Below are positions 39,168-49,077 of a stretch of 64,000 nucleotides of DNA, in pieces. Below the pieces are notes generated by a model. It did no database searches and was not told the DNA's origin. It saw nothing but the letters and a program-made list of their open reading frames with translations. The DNA comes from an uncultured virus (IMG/VR IMGVR_UViG_3300044513_000589) (Duplodnaviria > Heunggongvirae > Uroviricota > Caudoviricetes), in the IMG/VR virus record IMGVR_UViG_3300044513_000589. One strand, given 5' to 3'. The position numbers were made by a program, and so were the translations under genes. Position 1 is the first letter of the stretch. Each line of letters begins with the position of its first letter.

Positions 39168-40259
39168 ATGTCCACAATCGATGAAAAATTCGAGAAACTC
39201 ATCGCGGAAAAGAAAGCTCATGCTACCGCCGAAGCGGTAGTTGAAGAGGTTGAAACCGTAGATGAAGTTTCTGAAGAAGCCGCCACTGGCGATGCCGCCA
39301 TCAAGAAAGGTGCCGTCGCTGCCCAAAAGTCCGATCTGAAAAATGACGGTAAAGAGGTTGCTAGCAATAGCAAAGAGAAGCCCGAGGGTACCGAGAACCC
39401 TGGTGCCAAGGCTGCTGCTCCTGTAACTGCGACTAAAGACTCCACCCTGAAGACCAAGCCTAGTGCCGCTTCTAGCGCTATGCCTGGTGCTCTCTCTGCT
39501 AAGATCTTTGATTCTGTTGAGACTGAGGGTGAGGTAGTTAGCGAAGAAGAGATCAGCGAGGACATTGCCGCCGTTCTGGCTGGTGCTGATCTTTCCGAAG
39601 AATTCCAACAAAAAGCAAAGACTGTTTTTGAAGCCGCTGTTAACGCAAAGGTTTCTGAGCAGGTAGTTGCTATTAAGGAATCGACCGAAGCGAAGATTGC
39701 TGAAGAGATTGAAACAATCAAAGAAGACTTCGCTGGTCGTGTTGAGAACTTCCTGAACTACGCTTGTGAAGAGTGGATGTCGGAGAACGAACTTGCTGTT
39801 GAGCAAGGTCTCCGCGCCGAAATCACAGAAGGGTTCATGGATGGACTCAGAAAACTGTTTATCGAAAGCAACATCAACGTTCCTACTGAGAAGCTGGATC
39901 TGGTTGCCGAGATGAGCGAAAAGCTTGATGAGATGGAGACCCGACTTAATGAGCAGGTCGAGCGCAACGTCGAACTTCACGAGAGTGTAAGTGCCTATCG
40001 TAAGAATGAGATTTTGAATGAACTGACCCGTGGTCTTGCTGAGACCCAGAAGGATAAGTTCACTTCCCTCGCTGAAGCCGTTGAGTTCCGCACCGAAGAG
40101 TCGTATCGTGAGAAGCTGGTTCAGATTAAGGAATCGTACTTCGGCGCTCCCAAAGTGGAGACCGTAGAAGAGATTGCTACTGAAGAATCCGCTGTACATA
40201 CAGAAGCAATTAGTGAAAGCATGAGCGCTTATGTCGCTGCTCTTGCTAAGCGTCTGTGA
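39168..40259 (+). CDS. g22: Prohead scaffolding protein gp22
   Basis: Acidic coiled coil, LSEEF..KA.TVFEAAV, EEWM.EN.LA; synteny. Confidence 0.93.
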   Translation: MSTIDEKFEKLIAEKKAHATAEAVVEEVETVDEVSEEAATGDAAIKKGAVAAQKSDLKNDGKEVASNSKEKPEGTENPGAKAAAPVTATKDSTLKTKPSAASSAMPGALSAKIFDSVETEGEVVSEEEISEDIAAVLAGADLSEEFQQKAKTVFEAAVNAKVSEQVVAIKESTEAKIAEEIETIKEDFAGRVENFLNYACEEWMSENELAVEQGLRAEITEGFMDGLRKLFIESNINVPTEKLDLVAEMSEKLDEMETRLNEQVERNVELHESVSAYRKNEILNELTRGLAETQKDKFTSLAEAVEFRTEESYREKLVQIKESYFGAPKVETVEEIATEESAVHTEAISESMSAYVAALAKRL

Positions 40260-40297
40260 TCACACTGTTAACCCAATTCTAAACTCCCGAGATTCCC

Positions 40298-41665
40298 ATG
40301 TTTAACACCGAATCTCTCCAAGAGAAGTGGGCTCCAGTCCTTAATCATGATGGTCTGCCCGAAATCAAGGACAACTATCGTAAGGCTGTAACCGCACAAC
40401 TCCTGGAGAACCAAGAGCGCTTCATGCGCGAAGAGCGTGCCATCCTCACCGAGGCACCTACTAACGTTGGTCCTATCAACACCCAAACCACCAATGCTGG
40501 TGCCGTCGCAGGTTTCGATCCCATTCTGATCAGCCTGATCCGCCGCGCAATGCCTAAGCTGATTGCTTATGACATCGCTGGCGTTCAGCCTATGAATGGT
40601 CCTACTGGTCTGATTTTCGCAATGCGTTCGCGCTATGTGAATCAGTCTGGTCAAGAAGCATTCTTCGATGAGCCCGATGCTCAGTTCTCTGGTACCAAAG
40701 GTGCTACACCTCCTACCGCTACCACCGAGAAGAACCCTGGTCTGATCAACGACGCCACTGGCGGTGGCGTAACCGAAACCGCATATGATCTGGCTAGCAG
40801 CAAGTTCAGCACTTCCGACATGGAAGCTCTGGGCGACAGCGCTGGTAATGCCTTCATGGAGATGGCATTCTCGATCGACCGTATTGCCGTTGAAGCAAAA
40901 GGTCGTGCCCTGCGTGCTGACTACTCGGTCGAACTGGCTCAAGACCTGAAGGCAATTCATGGTCTGGATGCTGAGTCCGAGCTTGCCAACATCCTCAGCA
41001 CTGAGATCCTGGCTGAAATCAACCGTGAGGTTGTCCGTACCGTTTATCGTGGTGCTAAGCCTGGTGCTCAAGTTAACACCGCTAACGCTGGTGTATTTGA
41101 CCTTGACGTTGACTCCAACGGTCGTTGGAGCGTTGAGAAGTTCAAGGGTCTCCTGTTCCAAATCGAGCGCGATGCTAACGCTATCGCCCTGGAAACTCGT
41201 CGCGGAAAGGGCAACGTTCTGATCTGCTCCTCTGACGTTGCTTCTGCTCTCGCTATGGCGGGTGTTCTGGATTACAGCAGCGGCATCAATGGTGCTGTTG
41301 GTGGTCTGGGCGAAATCGACGACACTGGTAACACCTACGTCGGTACCCTGAACGGTCGCATCAAGGTCTACATCGATCCTTATTCGGCTAACGTTTCCGC
41401 TGACCAATACTATGTCATCGGTTACAAGGGCAGCAATGCTTATGACGCTGGTCTGTTCTATTGCCCATATGTTCCTCTCCAAATGTATCGCGCAATTGGT
41501 CAGGACACCTTCCAGCCTCGCATTGGCTTCAAGACCCGCTACGGCATGGTCCTGAACCCATTTGCTAAGGGTCTGACTCCTCTGAGCAATAGCGATCCTC
41601 AGAACAGCAACAACCTTAATGCTAACGCCTACTATCGTCGCGTACGCATCAAGAACCTTATGTGA
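40298..41665 (+). CDS. g23: Major capsid protein gp23
   Basis: GVQPM.GPTGLIFAMR, ELAQDLKAIHGLDAE, YCPYVPLQ, FQPRIGFKTRYG. Confidence 0.98.
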   Translation: MFNTESLQEKWAPVLNHDGLPEIKDNYRKAVTAQLLENQERFMREERAILTEAPTNVGPINTQTTNAGAVAGFDPILISLIRRAMPKLIAYDIAGVQPMNGPTGLIFAMRSRYVNQSGQEAFFDEPDAQFSGTKGATPPTATTEKNPGLINDATGGGVTETAYDLASSKFSTSDMEALGDSAGNAFMEMAFSIDRIAVEAKGRALRADYSVELAQDLKAIHGLDAESELANILSTEILAEINREVVRTVYRGAKPGAQVNTANAGVFDLDVDSNGRWSVEKFKGLLFQIERDANAIALETRRGKGNVLICSSDVASALAMAGVLDYSSGINGAVGGLGEIDDTGNTYVGTLNGRIKVYIDPYSANVSADQYYVIGYKGSNAYDAGLFYCPYVPLQMYRAIGQDTFQPRIGFKTRYGMVLNPFAKGLTPLSNSDPQNSNNLNANAYYRRVRIKNLM

Positions 41666-41687
41666 TCCATTCGCAAAGGAAGTAAGG

Positions 41688-41714
41688 GAGGGACCTTCGG
41701 GTCCCTCTTTTTTT
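41688..41714 (+). terminator. Rho-independent terminator after g23
   Basis: GAGGGACC-TTCG-GGTCCCTC stem with a cUUCGg loop followed by T7. Confidence 0.92.
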
Positions 41715-41743
41715 ATCTAAATATATCAGCACGTATTTTGATT

Positions 41744-41911
41744 ATGCCTAGAGGAATATTATCTAAGGTGGATATCTACGCCCGTGTTCTTAAGTTGAAG
41801 AACGGTTTGGATCAGGGCGATTGGAGAACCGAGTGGACTAGAGACGAGAAGATGGTGGCTCACGCCGTTCTAAACGAAGTGCTTGACATGATTAACGAGT
41901 ACAGTCAATGA
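41744..41911 (+). CDS. 55-aa hypothetical protein (absent from the ORF track)
   Basis: MPRGILSKVDIYARVLKLKN...VLDMINEYSQ; CTAAATA at 41717-41723; ATGA overlap with g3. Confidence 0.65.
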   Translation: MPRGILSKVDIYARVLKLKNGLDQGDWRTEWTRDEKMVAHAVLNEVLDMINEYSQ

Positions 41912-42459
41912 GCAAAAGACTCTTTACACCTGACAATAAAAACTTTCTTGCTCCTGTTGGTTTCAAGTTTATCTTGGACAGAGCAAAGAATGTAGAATAT
42001 TTTTGCCAGTCTGTAAATATCCCTGACATCAATATCAACACAAGAGTTTTTGATACCAGGGTAAAACAGTATGAAGTTCCTGGTGACAAGCTCCAGTATG
42101 GAGATCTACAGTTGACCTTCATGATCAATGAGGATCTGGATAATTACTATGAGATCTACAACTGGCTAAAAGGTCTTACCAATCCAGAGCACGAGAAGGA
42201 CTGGTATGAATACATTGAATCTATTACTGAAGAAGGTAGATCCACTGCGTTCCAAAAAATTACTACAGATGCTAGACTGTTAGTGTTGGATAGCAATTAT
42301 AACATTTGTGCTACTGCTATCTTTAGCAACTGTTTCCCCACACAACTTGGCGGTATCAGATTTAGTTCTGATCAAAGTGACATTGATTATGTAACTGCTG
42401 ATGTAACCTTCAAGTACACTCTCCTAGAGTTTATTGACAAAGACGGCAATCGTTTATGA
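41908..42459 (+). CDS. g3: Tail completion protein gp3
   Basis: NFLAPVGFKF, YFCQSVNIP, PGDKL.Y..L...F.INEDL.NY; follows g23. Confidence 0.85.
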   Translation: MSKRLFTPDNKNFLAPVGFKFILDRAKNVEYFCQSVNIPDININTRVFDTRVKQYEVPGDKLQYGDLQLTFMINEDLDNYYEIYNWLKGLTNPEHEKDWYEYIESITEEGRSTAFQKITTDARLLVLDSNYNICATAIFSNCFPTQLGGIRFSSDQSDIDYVTADVTFKYTLLEFIDKDGNRL

Positions 42460-42869
42460 ATCTTGAAATGATCGAGTCCATGTGGCAAAAGGACTCACAA
42501 CTAGATGATGAAAAACTAGACCACGACTCTCTGGCGATCCCCAGGCGCCATGCTAAATATCTACAGTTACTCAATCAAGTTACTCTGCTGAGGGATCAGC
42601 ATGAGTTAAAGTTGAAGTCACTTTACCGTGACCTTTGGGAGTATTACACTGGTAAATCTGAGAAGCCCTTTCATCTAAAACTGCTGAAGCAGGATGTTGG
42701 GATCTATATCGACTCTGATGAGAGTTGGCAAAAAGCACAACTCAAACTACGTTACTACAATCAAATGGTAGATGCTCTAAAGAGCATTCTCACGGCAATT
42801 AACAATCAGTCGTTTCAAATCAAGAACGCGATTGAGTTTGCCAAGTTGTTGAAAGGGTATGAAGTCTAG
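42456..42869 (+). CDS. uvsY: Recombination mediator UvsY
   Basis: W.KDS, IP..HAKY, FQIKNAIEF; upstream of uvsW. Confidence 0.88.
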   Translation: MNLEMIESMWQKDSQLDDEKLDHDSLAIPRRHAKYLQLLNQVTLLRDQHELKLKSLYRDLWEYYTGKSEKPFHLKLLKQDVGIYIDSDESWQKAQLKLRYYNQMVDALKSILTAINNQSFQIKNAIEFAKLLKGYEV

Positions 42870-44331
42870 CGTCGTAATTCAAAAGAAGAACGAAGTCTTT
42901 CTTAGAATTGAATGTGAACCCCACGTTCAGTATGAGTTGGCTGATGAGTTTACCTTTGAGGTACCCCAAGCCAAGTTCATGTCTGCGTATAAGAAGAGAT
43001 TCTGGGATGGAAAAATCAAACTATTCTCCCCAGCTACGGGTGAGATTTATGCTGGTCTTCTCCCTTATGTTACTCATTTCTGCCGCGAACGCGGGTACGA
43101 ATACACATATAAAGACAACAACTTCTACGGGTTTCCTGAGGAAGTTGATGAGTTCGTTACTCCAGAAGCCGTCGGAGAGTTTGTCAAAGGATTGGGACTT
43201 CCCCATAAAGTAAGAGACTATCAGTACAAGGCAATCTATGAAGCCATGAGGCATAAGAGGAAACTCTTATTGTCTCCCACTGCTTCTGGTAAGTCGCTGA
43301 TGATCTATTCTCTTGTTAGGTTCTTTGAGAAGAAAGATCTAAAGACATTAATTGTTGTACCTACTACATCTCTTGTGGAGCAGATGTACAAGGACTTTGA
43401 GGAGTATGGTTGGAACGCTAGTCATCATTGCCATAAGGTTTACGGTGGCGCGTCGCCCATGTCCAAGAAGGATGTAGTTATTACAACCTGGCAGTCAATC
43501 TACAAACTACCCAAGACATACTTTAATGACTTTGGTGCTGTCATTGGTGATGAAGCACACCTGTTCAAAGCTAAGTCATTGACTAACATCATGAACAAGC
43601 TTCATGACTGTAAGTATAGGATAGGATTTACAGGTACACTTGATGGGTGTGCCACAAATAAACTTGTCCTAGAAGGAGTCTTTGGTGCCTGTAACAAAGT
43701 AACCAAAACTGAAAATCTTATCCGAGAAGGACACCTCTCCCAGTTTGAGATCAAGGTTCTTCTACTCAAACATGACAAGCAAACGTTTGCTAGTTACCAG
43801 GATGAGATGGAGTACATAGTAAGCCATGAAGGTCGCAATAGATTCATTAGGAATCTTGTCTGTGACTTGGAAGGTAATACTCTTGTGCTGTTCAATTATG
43901 TCGAGAAGCATGGGATGCCACTTTTCGATTTGATAAATAATAAAGTCGGGGATACTAGAAATGTATTCCTGGTACACGGAGGGGTAGAGACTGAAGACCG
44001 CGAGAAAACTAGACAGATCGCAGAGACTACTTCAGATTCTATTATTGTTGCTTCTTATGGCACTTTTTCTACAGGCATCAACATTCGTAATCTACACAAT
44101 GTAGTCTTTGCCTCTCCCTCTAAATCACGAGTAAGAAATCTACAGTCAATCGGTCGTGTGCTCCGCAAGGGAGCCAACAAAAGAAAGGCTGTCTTATACG
44201 ATATCGCAGACGACATTTCTAATGGTGGTCGTCGCAATCATACAATGAATCACCTCATTGAGAGAGTGAAAATTTATAACGAGGAATCGTTTAATTATGA
44301 ATTTATTGACGTTAATTTACGAACAAAATAA
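42859..44331 (+). CDS. uvsW: UvsW helicase
   Basis: SPTASGKS, DEAH, QSIGRVLR SF2 motifs. Confidence 0.95.
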   Translation: MKSSVVIQKKNEVFLRIECEPHVQYELADEFTFEVPQAKFMSAYKKRFWDGKIKLFSPATGEIYAGLLPYVTHFCRERGYEYTYKDNNFYGFPEEVDEFVTPEAVGEFVKGLGLPHKVRDYQYKAIYEAMRHKRKLLLSPTASGKSLMIYSLVRFFEKKDLKTLIVVPTTSLVEQMYKDFEEYGWNASHHCHKVYGGASPMSKKDVVITTWQSIYKLPKTYFNDFGAVIGDEAHLFKAKSLTNIMNKLHDCKYRIGFTGTLDGCATNKLVLEGVFGACNKVTKTENLIREGHLSQFEIKVLLLKHDKQTFASYQDEMEYIVSHEGRNRFIRNLVCDLEGNTLVLFNYVEKHGMPLFDLINNKVGDTRNVFLVHGGVETEDREKTRQIAETTSDSIIVASYGTFSTGINIRNLHNVVFASPSKSRVRNLQSIGRVLRKGANKRKAVLYDIADDISNGGRRNHTMNHLIERVKIYNEESFNYEFIDVNLRTK

Positions 44332-44332
44332 A

Positions 44333-44728
44333 ATGGAAGAAGAATTTCTAGCAGCCATTAAGATGGTTTCAGGCGAAGAAGTTCTTTCGATGGTCACCCC
44401 ATTTTTTGATGAAAGTGGAGAATACCTCATCCTTGAAAATCCTATTGTCGTGGAAGAGGTACAGATTGCTAATAAGACTGGAGCCAAGGTAAGTCCTTGG
44501 ATGAAGTTCTCTAGAGAAGATACATTCCTGCTTCCAAAGGATAGAGTTATTACAGTCGTCGAAGTTGACGCAGAAGTAGCTATCTTCTATGAATTGTCTC
44601 TACAAAAAATAGACCCAGAAAGAACACACAACCCACCGAGTTCCGATCGTACTATGGGCAAGATCAGCACTGTTGATGAAGCCCGAGTAATACTTGAAGG
44701 TCTCTATAATAGAAAAGATAAGCTATAG
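44333..44728 (+). CDS. Sm-like-fold hypothetical protein
   Basis: IKMVSGEEVLS...NPIVV...PWMKFS.ED.F...VIT pattern shared with the three genes at 59752-60759. Confidence 0.65.
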   Translation: MEEEFLAAIKMVSGEEVLSMVTPFFDESGEYLILENPIVVEEVQIANKTGAKVSPWMKFSREDTFLLPKDRVITVVEVDAEVAIFYELSLQKIDPERTHNPPSSDRTMGKISTVDEARVILEGLYNRKDKL

Positions 44729-44754
44729 CTGATCCTTTGAACCGCTACACTGTT

Positions 44755-44783
44755 AGTCTAATGGTAAAATGGAGTCTTGTCAA
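44755..44783 (-). promoter_or_regulatory. Antisense sigma70-type promoter
   Basis: Minus-strand TTGACA (44783-44778), 17 nt, TAGACT (44760-44755). Confidence 0.55.
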
Positions 44784-44785
44784 GC

Positions 44786-44814
44786 TTGACTTGCGAACCA
44801 TGACACGGTATAGT
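44786..44814 (+). promoter_or_regulatory. Sigma70-type promoter for g55
   Basis: TTGACT, 17 nt, TATAGT, then AAGGA. Confidence 0.7.
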
Positions 44815-44836
44815 TAAGGAACATAAGACATACCTT

Positions 44837-45298
44837 ATGAAGAAAAAATCAGAACACTACGTCAATAACAAGGAGTTCCTAGAGGCACTTATCGAATTCA
44901 AGCATCAATGTAAGATTGCTGCTGAGAATGGAGAAGCTCGTCCTCAAATTAGTAACTACATTGGTGAGTGCTTTCTGAAGATTGCCACCCATCTTTCTTA
45001 CAAGCCTAACTTCGTGAACTACATGTTCAGAGAAGATATGATTTGTGATGGGATTGAAAACTGTGTACAGTATATTCAAAACTTTGATCCTTCTAAGTCC
45101 AGTAATCCATTTGCTTACTTCACTCAGATTATCTACTACGCTTTCCTCAGACGCATTCAGAAAGAAAAACGCCAACTAGAGATTAAGAATAAGATCGTAC
45201 AACGATCAGACTTCGGTGAAGTTTTCTACAGTGATGATATGGATTCATATTCCGATTATAATACTATTAAAGAAAACGCTGAGATTCGTACCAAGTGA
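44837..45298 (+). CDS. g55: Late-transcription sigma factor gp55
   Basis: HYVNNKEF, NFVNY.FREDMI.DG.EN, NPFAYFTQI.YYAF.RRI.KEK. Confidence 0.96.
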   Translation: MKKKSEHYVNNKEFLEALIEFKHQCKIAAENGEARPQISNYIGECFLKIATHLSYKPNFVNYMFREDMICDGIENCVQYIQNFDPSKSSNPFAYFTQIIYYAFLRRIQKEKRQLEIKNKIVQRSDFGEVFYSDDMDSYSDYNTIKENAEIRTK

Positions 45299-46332
45299 AG
45301 ATAGCCATTATTACTGATCAGCACTTCGGTGCTAGGAAGTCGAGTAGAGTATTTCACGACTTCTTTTTGAAATTCTATAACAATGTTTTCTTCCCAACTC
45401 TAGAGAAAGAAGGTATCACTACGGTCATTGATCTTGGTGATACCTTTGACAATAGAAGGAACGTAGATCTATGGTCTATAGAATGGGCGCGAAAAAATTA
45501 TTATGATCGACTAGAAGAAATGGGCGTCGCTGTCCATGCTGTAGTCGGTAACCATACGGCTTACTTCAAAGACACTAATGAGATCAACACACTTGACAAT
45601 GTGTTGGGTCAGTATGGTAATGTTACTGTTTACTCCGAACCAACTGAGACTCAGATTGGTGATCGTAAATTACTTTTTATTCCATGGATCAATCAAGAGA
45701 ATGCTGAAAAGACTTTCCAACTTATTGAAGAAACAACTTGCCACTGTGCGATGGGGCACCTTGAGCTCAACGGATTTGAAGCTCATCGAGGACACATCAT
45801 GGACAAGGGTTTGGGCTGCGAGCTATTTCAGAAGTTCAAACAGGTCATGTCTGGTCACTACCATCACCGATCTTCCAGAGGGAACATCCACTACCTCGGA
45901 AACCCCTATCAACTCTACTGGAACGACTACCGAGACACCCGTGGGTTCCACATCTGGGATTCAGAATCCCTGGAACTAACCTTTGTTCCTAACCCATACG
46001 AAATGTATGAGAAGGTCTTCTACAATGAAAAGAAGATCCCTAAAAAGTTAGAACAATATCAAGGAAAGATCATCAAGGTCATTGTTGAAGATAAGACAGA
46101 CGCTGCTAAGTTTGATTACTTTGTAAGCCAACTGTATATTGCTGGAGTCCATGAAGTTAAGATCATTGAAGACTCTATCTTTGACAGCGACCTTGATAGT
46201 GATATAGATATAGAGAAGGAAGATACCCTAACCATTCTGGAAAAGTATGTCGATGAAATGACATACCACGATAAGAATGGCTTAAAAAATATCATGAAGT
46301 CTCTGTATGTAGAAGCGCTGGAGTTAGTCTAA
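45295..46332 (+). CDS. g47: Recombination endonuclease subunit gp47 (Mre11/SbcD-like)
   Basis: GTG start; TDQHFG, GDTFD, GNH, SGHYH. Confidence 0.95.
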   Translation: MKIAIITDQHFGARKSSRVFHDFFLKFYNNVFFPTLEKEGITTVIDLGDTFDNRRNVDLWSIEWARKNYYDRLEEMGVAVHAVVGNHTAYFKDTNEINTLDNVLGQYGNVTVYSEPTETQIGDRKLLFIPWINQENAEKTFQLIEETTCHCAMGHLELNGFEAHRGHIMDKGLGCELFQKFKQVMSGHYHHRSSRGNIHYLGNPYQLYWNDYRDTRGFHIWDSESLELTFVPNPYEMYEKVFYNEKKIPKKLEQYQGKIIKVIVEDKTDAAKFDYFVSQLYIAGVHEVKIIEDSIFDSDLDSDIDIEKEDTLTILEKYVDEMTYHDKNGLKNIMKSLYVEALELV

Positions 46333-46589
46333 TGTTCGTACTGGCACTGAAAGGAAAAGAAACTGAAGGTGCTTACGCTGTCGAAAACGAGTTCGGACAA
46401 AAGACACTTTATCTTTTTGTTGACAAAGACGATGCGATGCGCTATAGTCTATTACTGGAGGCGGACGACTATCCAGAAATGAGTATAGTCGAAGTGTCAG
46501 ACGAAGATGCTATTGGCACATGCCATCAGCATGGTTACCCATACTATGTGGTCACACCTGATCAGATAGTTATCCCTCCTGATTTCTAA
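46332..46589 (+). CDS. Hypothetical protein
   Basis: 85 aa between g47 and g46; TAATG coupling. Confidence 0.7.
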   Translation: MFVLALKGKETEGAYAVENEFGQKTLYLFVDKDDAMRYSLLLEADDYPEMSIVEVSDEDAIGTCHQHGYPYYVVTPDQIVIPPDF

Positions 46590-46605
46590 TTTGTCTATCT
46601 AAATC

Positions 46606-48327
46606 ATGATTGTATTTCAGACTATCCGATGGAAGAACTTCCTTTCAACGGGTAACTCATTTACTGAGATTGATCTGAAAAGTAACCCTTCGACTCTGAT
46701 TGTCGGCTCCAACGGAGCAGGTAAATCCACTATGTTGGATGCCATTTGCTTTGCTCTGTTCAACAAACCTTTCCGCAAAATAAACAAACCTCAACTGGTC
46801 AACGCAATCAATGAAAAAGATTGTGTTGTAGAGGTAGAGTTTAAGGTGGGATCTACCGAATGGAAAATCATTCGCGGGCAGAAGCCAAACTTGTTTGAGA
46901 TACACCGCAATGGTGTTCCACTTAACCAGGAAGCTTCTGCTAAAGATCAGCAGACTTGGTTGGAACAGTCTGTGTTAAAACTAAACTACAAGTCTTTTAC
47001 GCAGGTAGTGATCCTCGGATCATCTACGTTTGTTCCATTCATGCAACTCACTCCTGCCCACCGCAGGGAGGTTATTGAAGATCTTCTTGATATTAGGATC
47101 TTCTCTTCTATGAACACTATTCTTAAAGATCGTGTTCGTAGTCTCAAGGACTCTATCCGTGACAAAGATTACCAGTTTGAATTGGCTAAGGAGAGAGTAG
47201 AGATCCAGCAGCGATTTATCGCTGATCTTAAAGAACAAAGTCACCAGTCTAACGTTCAACGTCAATCTCAGATCACCGATCTTCGTAATGAGATTGAAGA
47301 TATGACTAAGAAAATTTCTTCTTGGTCTGCTTCTGTTGAAGAGTTGAATGAGAAAGCAGTTCCCTTTGATAAGTGTGAGGAGCAACTAAAAGAGTTGTCC
47401 ACATACCGTACTAGGTTCACAGACAAGAATAAGAAACTGAACAGCGATCATAAATTCTTTGATAAGAATGATAGCTGTCCCACTTGTAAGCAAAGTATTA
47501 CTGAAGAACTTAGAACTGAAAAGAAGGAAACGATTCTCTCTCAACTGTTAGAACTGGAAAAGGCTAATACGGATCTCGAAGCAAAGATCTCAGTTATCAA
47601 TGGTCAGTTAACTGAGAAGAATGCTATCCTCAAAGAGATTGCTGTTATCAATCAGGAGATCACTTCTAAAAATAAAGAGATCTCCTGGAAGCAATCCGCA
47701 ATTAAAAAGATTGAGGATAGTATTGAAAAGACCGATGGTGGCGGGGAGAATGTCAAGCGAGAGCAAGACAAACTGAAGCAACTCATCAATGATGGGTTGG
47801 ATGTTGAGAAAGATATATCGGTTAAGAAGAAAGAACTTGCCAACCACGAAGTCGTGGTGAGTCTACTTAAAGATACTGGTATTAAGAGTCAGATTATTAA
47901 AAAGTATCTGCCTGTCATGAACCAGTTGATTAATCGTTATCTCAAAGAGTTAGATTTCTATGTCTCCTTTGAACTTAACGAGAACTTTGAGGAGACTATC
48001 AAGTCACGGTACAGAGATGACTTCTCATATGCTTCCTTCTCTGAAGGTGAAAAGATGAGAATTGACTTGGCTCTGTTGTTCACCTGGCGAATGATTGCTA
48101 AGATGAAGAACAGCGCATGTACTAATCTATTGTGCTTAGACGAGATCTTTGATAGCAGTCTTGATAATGCTGGTACTGATGACTTTATTAAAATTCTTAA
48201 GTCCTTTACGGACAACTCAAATGTCTTTGTGATCTCTCACAAGCCTGACATTTTACAAGATAAGTTTTCTCGGGTGCTGCGTGTTGAGAAGAAGTTGAAC
48301 TTCTCTACTGTTATAGAGGATCAATAA
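46606..48327 (+). CDS. g46: Recombination endonuclease subunit gp46 (Rad50/SbcC-like)
   Basis: NGAGKS, CPTC zinc hook, FSEGE signature, LDEIFD. Confidence 0.96.
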   Translation: MIVFQTIRWKNFLSTGNSFTEIDLKSNPSTLIVGSNGAGKSTMLDAICFALFNKPFRKINKPQLVNAINEKDCVVEVEFKVGSTEWKIIRGQKPNLFEIHRNGVPLNQEASAKDQQTWLEQSVLKLNYKSFTQVVILGSSTFVPFMQLTPAHRREVIEDLLDIRIFSSMNTILKDRVRSLKDSIRDKDYQFELAKERVEIQQRFIADLKEQSHQSNVQRQSQITDLRNEIEDMTKKISSWSASVEELNEKAVPFDKCEEQLKELSTYRTRFTDKNKKLNSDHKFFDKNDSCPTCKQSITEELRTEKKETILSQLLELEKANTDLEAKISVINGQLTEKNAILKEIAVINQEITSKNKEISWKQSAIKKIEDSIEKTDGGGENVKREQDKLKQLINDGLDVEKDISVKKKELANHEVVVSLLKDTGIKSQIIKKYLPVMNQLINRYLKELDFYVSFELNENFEETIKSRYRDDFSYASFSEGEKMRIDLALLFTWRMIAKMKNSACTNLLCLDEIFDSSLDNAGTDDFIKILKSFTDNSNVFVISHKPDILQDKFSRVLRVEKKLNFSTVIEDQ

Positions 48328-48348
48328 ATATCTCTATAGTGTTTTGTT

Positions 48349-48543
48349 ATGTACAAACCTTATTCCCAAGAATGGCATAGGTACAGATACCTCAAGGAGG
48401 CAATCGATAAGTACCTTGACGATGGTATCGACCCAAGTTACATTGTGGACGATATCAGAGACATTCTTCACATACGTTCGGAAACGGCGTACGCTGAGTT
48501 TCAAAAGATCAATCAACTAGAACATTATCTTTCGGACATCTAA
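48349..48543 (+). CDS. Hypothetical protein
   Basis: 64 aa, ATAAATA at 48324-48330 upstream. Confidence 0.65.
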   Translation: MYKPYSQEWHRYRYLKEAIDKYLDDGIDPSYIVDDIRDILHIRSETAYAEFQKINQLEHYLSDI

Positions 48544-48860
48544 TGCTATCCACCGCATATCGCCTTCGCTTAGAATCAATCTGTAAGAAGATTGTACAGG
48601 GCGAAGAGGTGTCTATATCTGAAATGATATGGGCAGAAAAGCTTGCTAAGTCTCATACTACTGCTCGTGAGTGGTTGAACAAAGCGAGACGCAAAGCGGC
48701 TAACCCAGACATGGTTGATGGTAGCATGGATGATTTTATGAATAAGATGGGACTGGGTGACCCCGACCCATCTAACTACAGGACGGGTTTCCAAAGTGCC
48801 GATGAGATAGTAGACTGGTTCAAGCAAGACAAACCCGACGACTGGAGACAACGTGACTAA
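48543..48860 (+). CDS. Hypothetical protein
   Basis: 105 aa, coupled start; ends DWRQRD. Confidence 0.7.
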   Translation: MLSTAYRLRLESICKKIVQGEEVSISEMIWAEKLAKSHTTAREWLNKARRKAANPDMVDGSMDDFMNKMGLGDPDPSNYRTGFQSADEIVDWFKQDKPDDWRQRD

Positions 48861-49077
48861 CGTTCCAAACTGGCAGCACCATTCCAAGAAAGATCAGAAG
48901 CGCCACCTTAAGCCGCAAGCAATGCGAGCGAGGAAGGAGGCACTGCGCCACTTCAAAAAGCGTCACACCAAGACCTCCGACCAGCGTCGGGGGTCTTATA
49001 GTATCTACATCGACGGAACACCACAATGTCTGAAGTTAAAGGTACTCTCGCCAAGTTGCTCGCTCAGGAAGACCTGA
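48853..49077 (+). CDS. Small basic hypothetical protein
   Basis: PNWQHHSKK..KR.LKPQA; its 3' part overlaps a promoter and the next gene. Confidence 0.5.
   Translation: MTNVPNWQHHSKKDQKRHLKPQAMRARKEALRHFKKRHTKTSDQRRGSYSIYIDGTPQCLKLKVLSPSCSLRKT
48962..49002 (+). promoter_or_regulatory. Early-type promoter with an inverted repeat abutting the -10
   Basis: AAGACCTCCGAC-CAGC-GTCGGGGGTCTT, then TATAGT (48997-49002). Confidence 0.55.

Noticed and set aside
33971..41482. Long minus-strand ORFs (33971-35260, 39111-40199, 40268-41482) and similar ones opposite the fibres
   Set aside because: They are shadows of strongly codon-biased + strand genes (g18, g22, g23) and have no recognisable motifs.
43933..43939. 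ATAAATA inside uvsW as a late promoter
   Set aside because: It lies about 400 nt from the next start and could be a chance match in AT-rich codons, so it is not supportable without TSS data.
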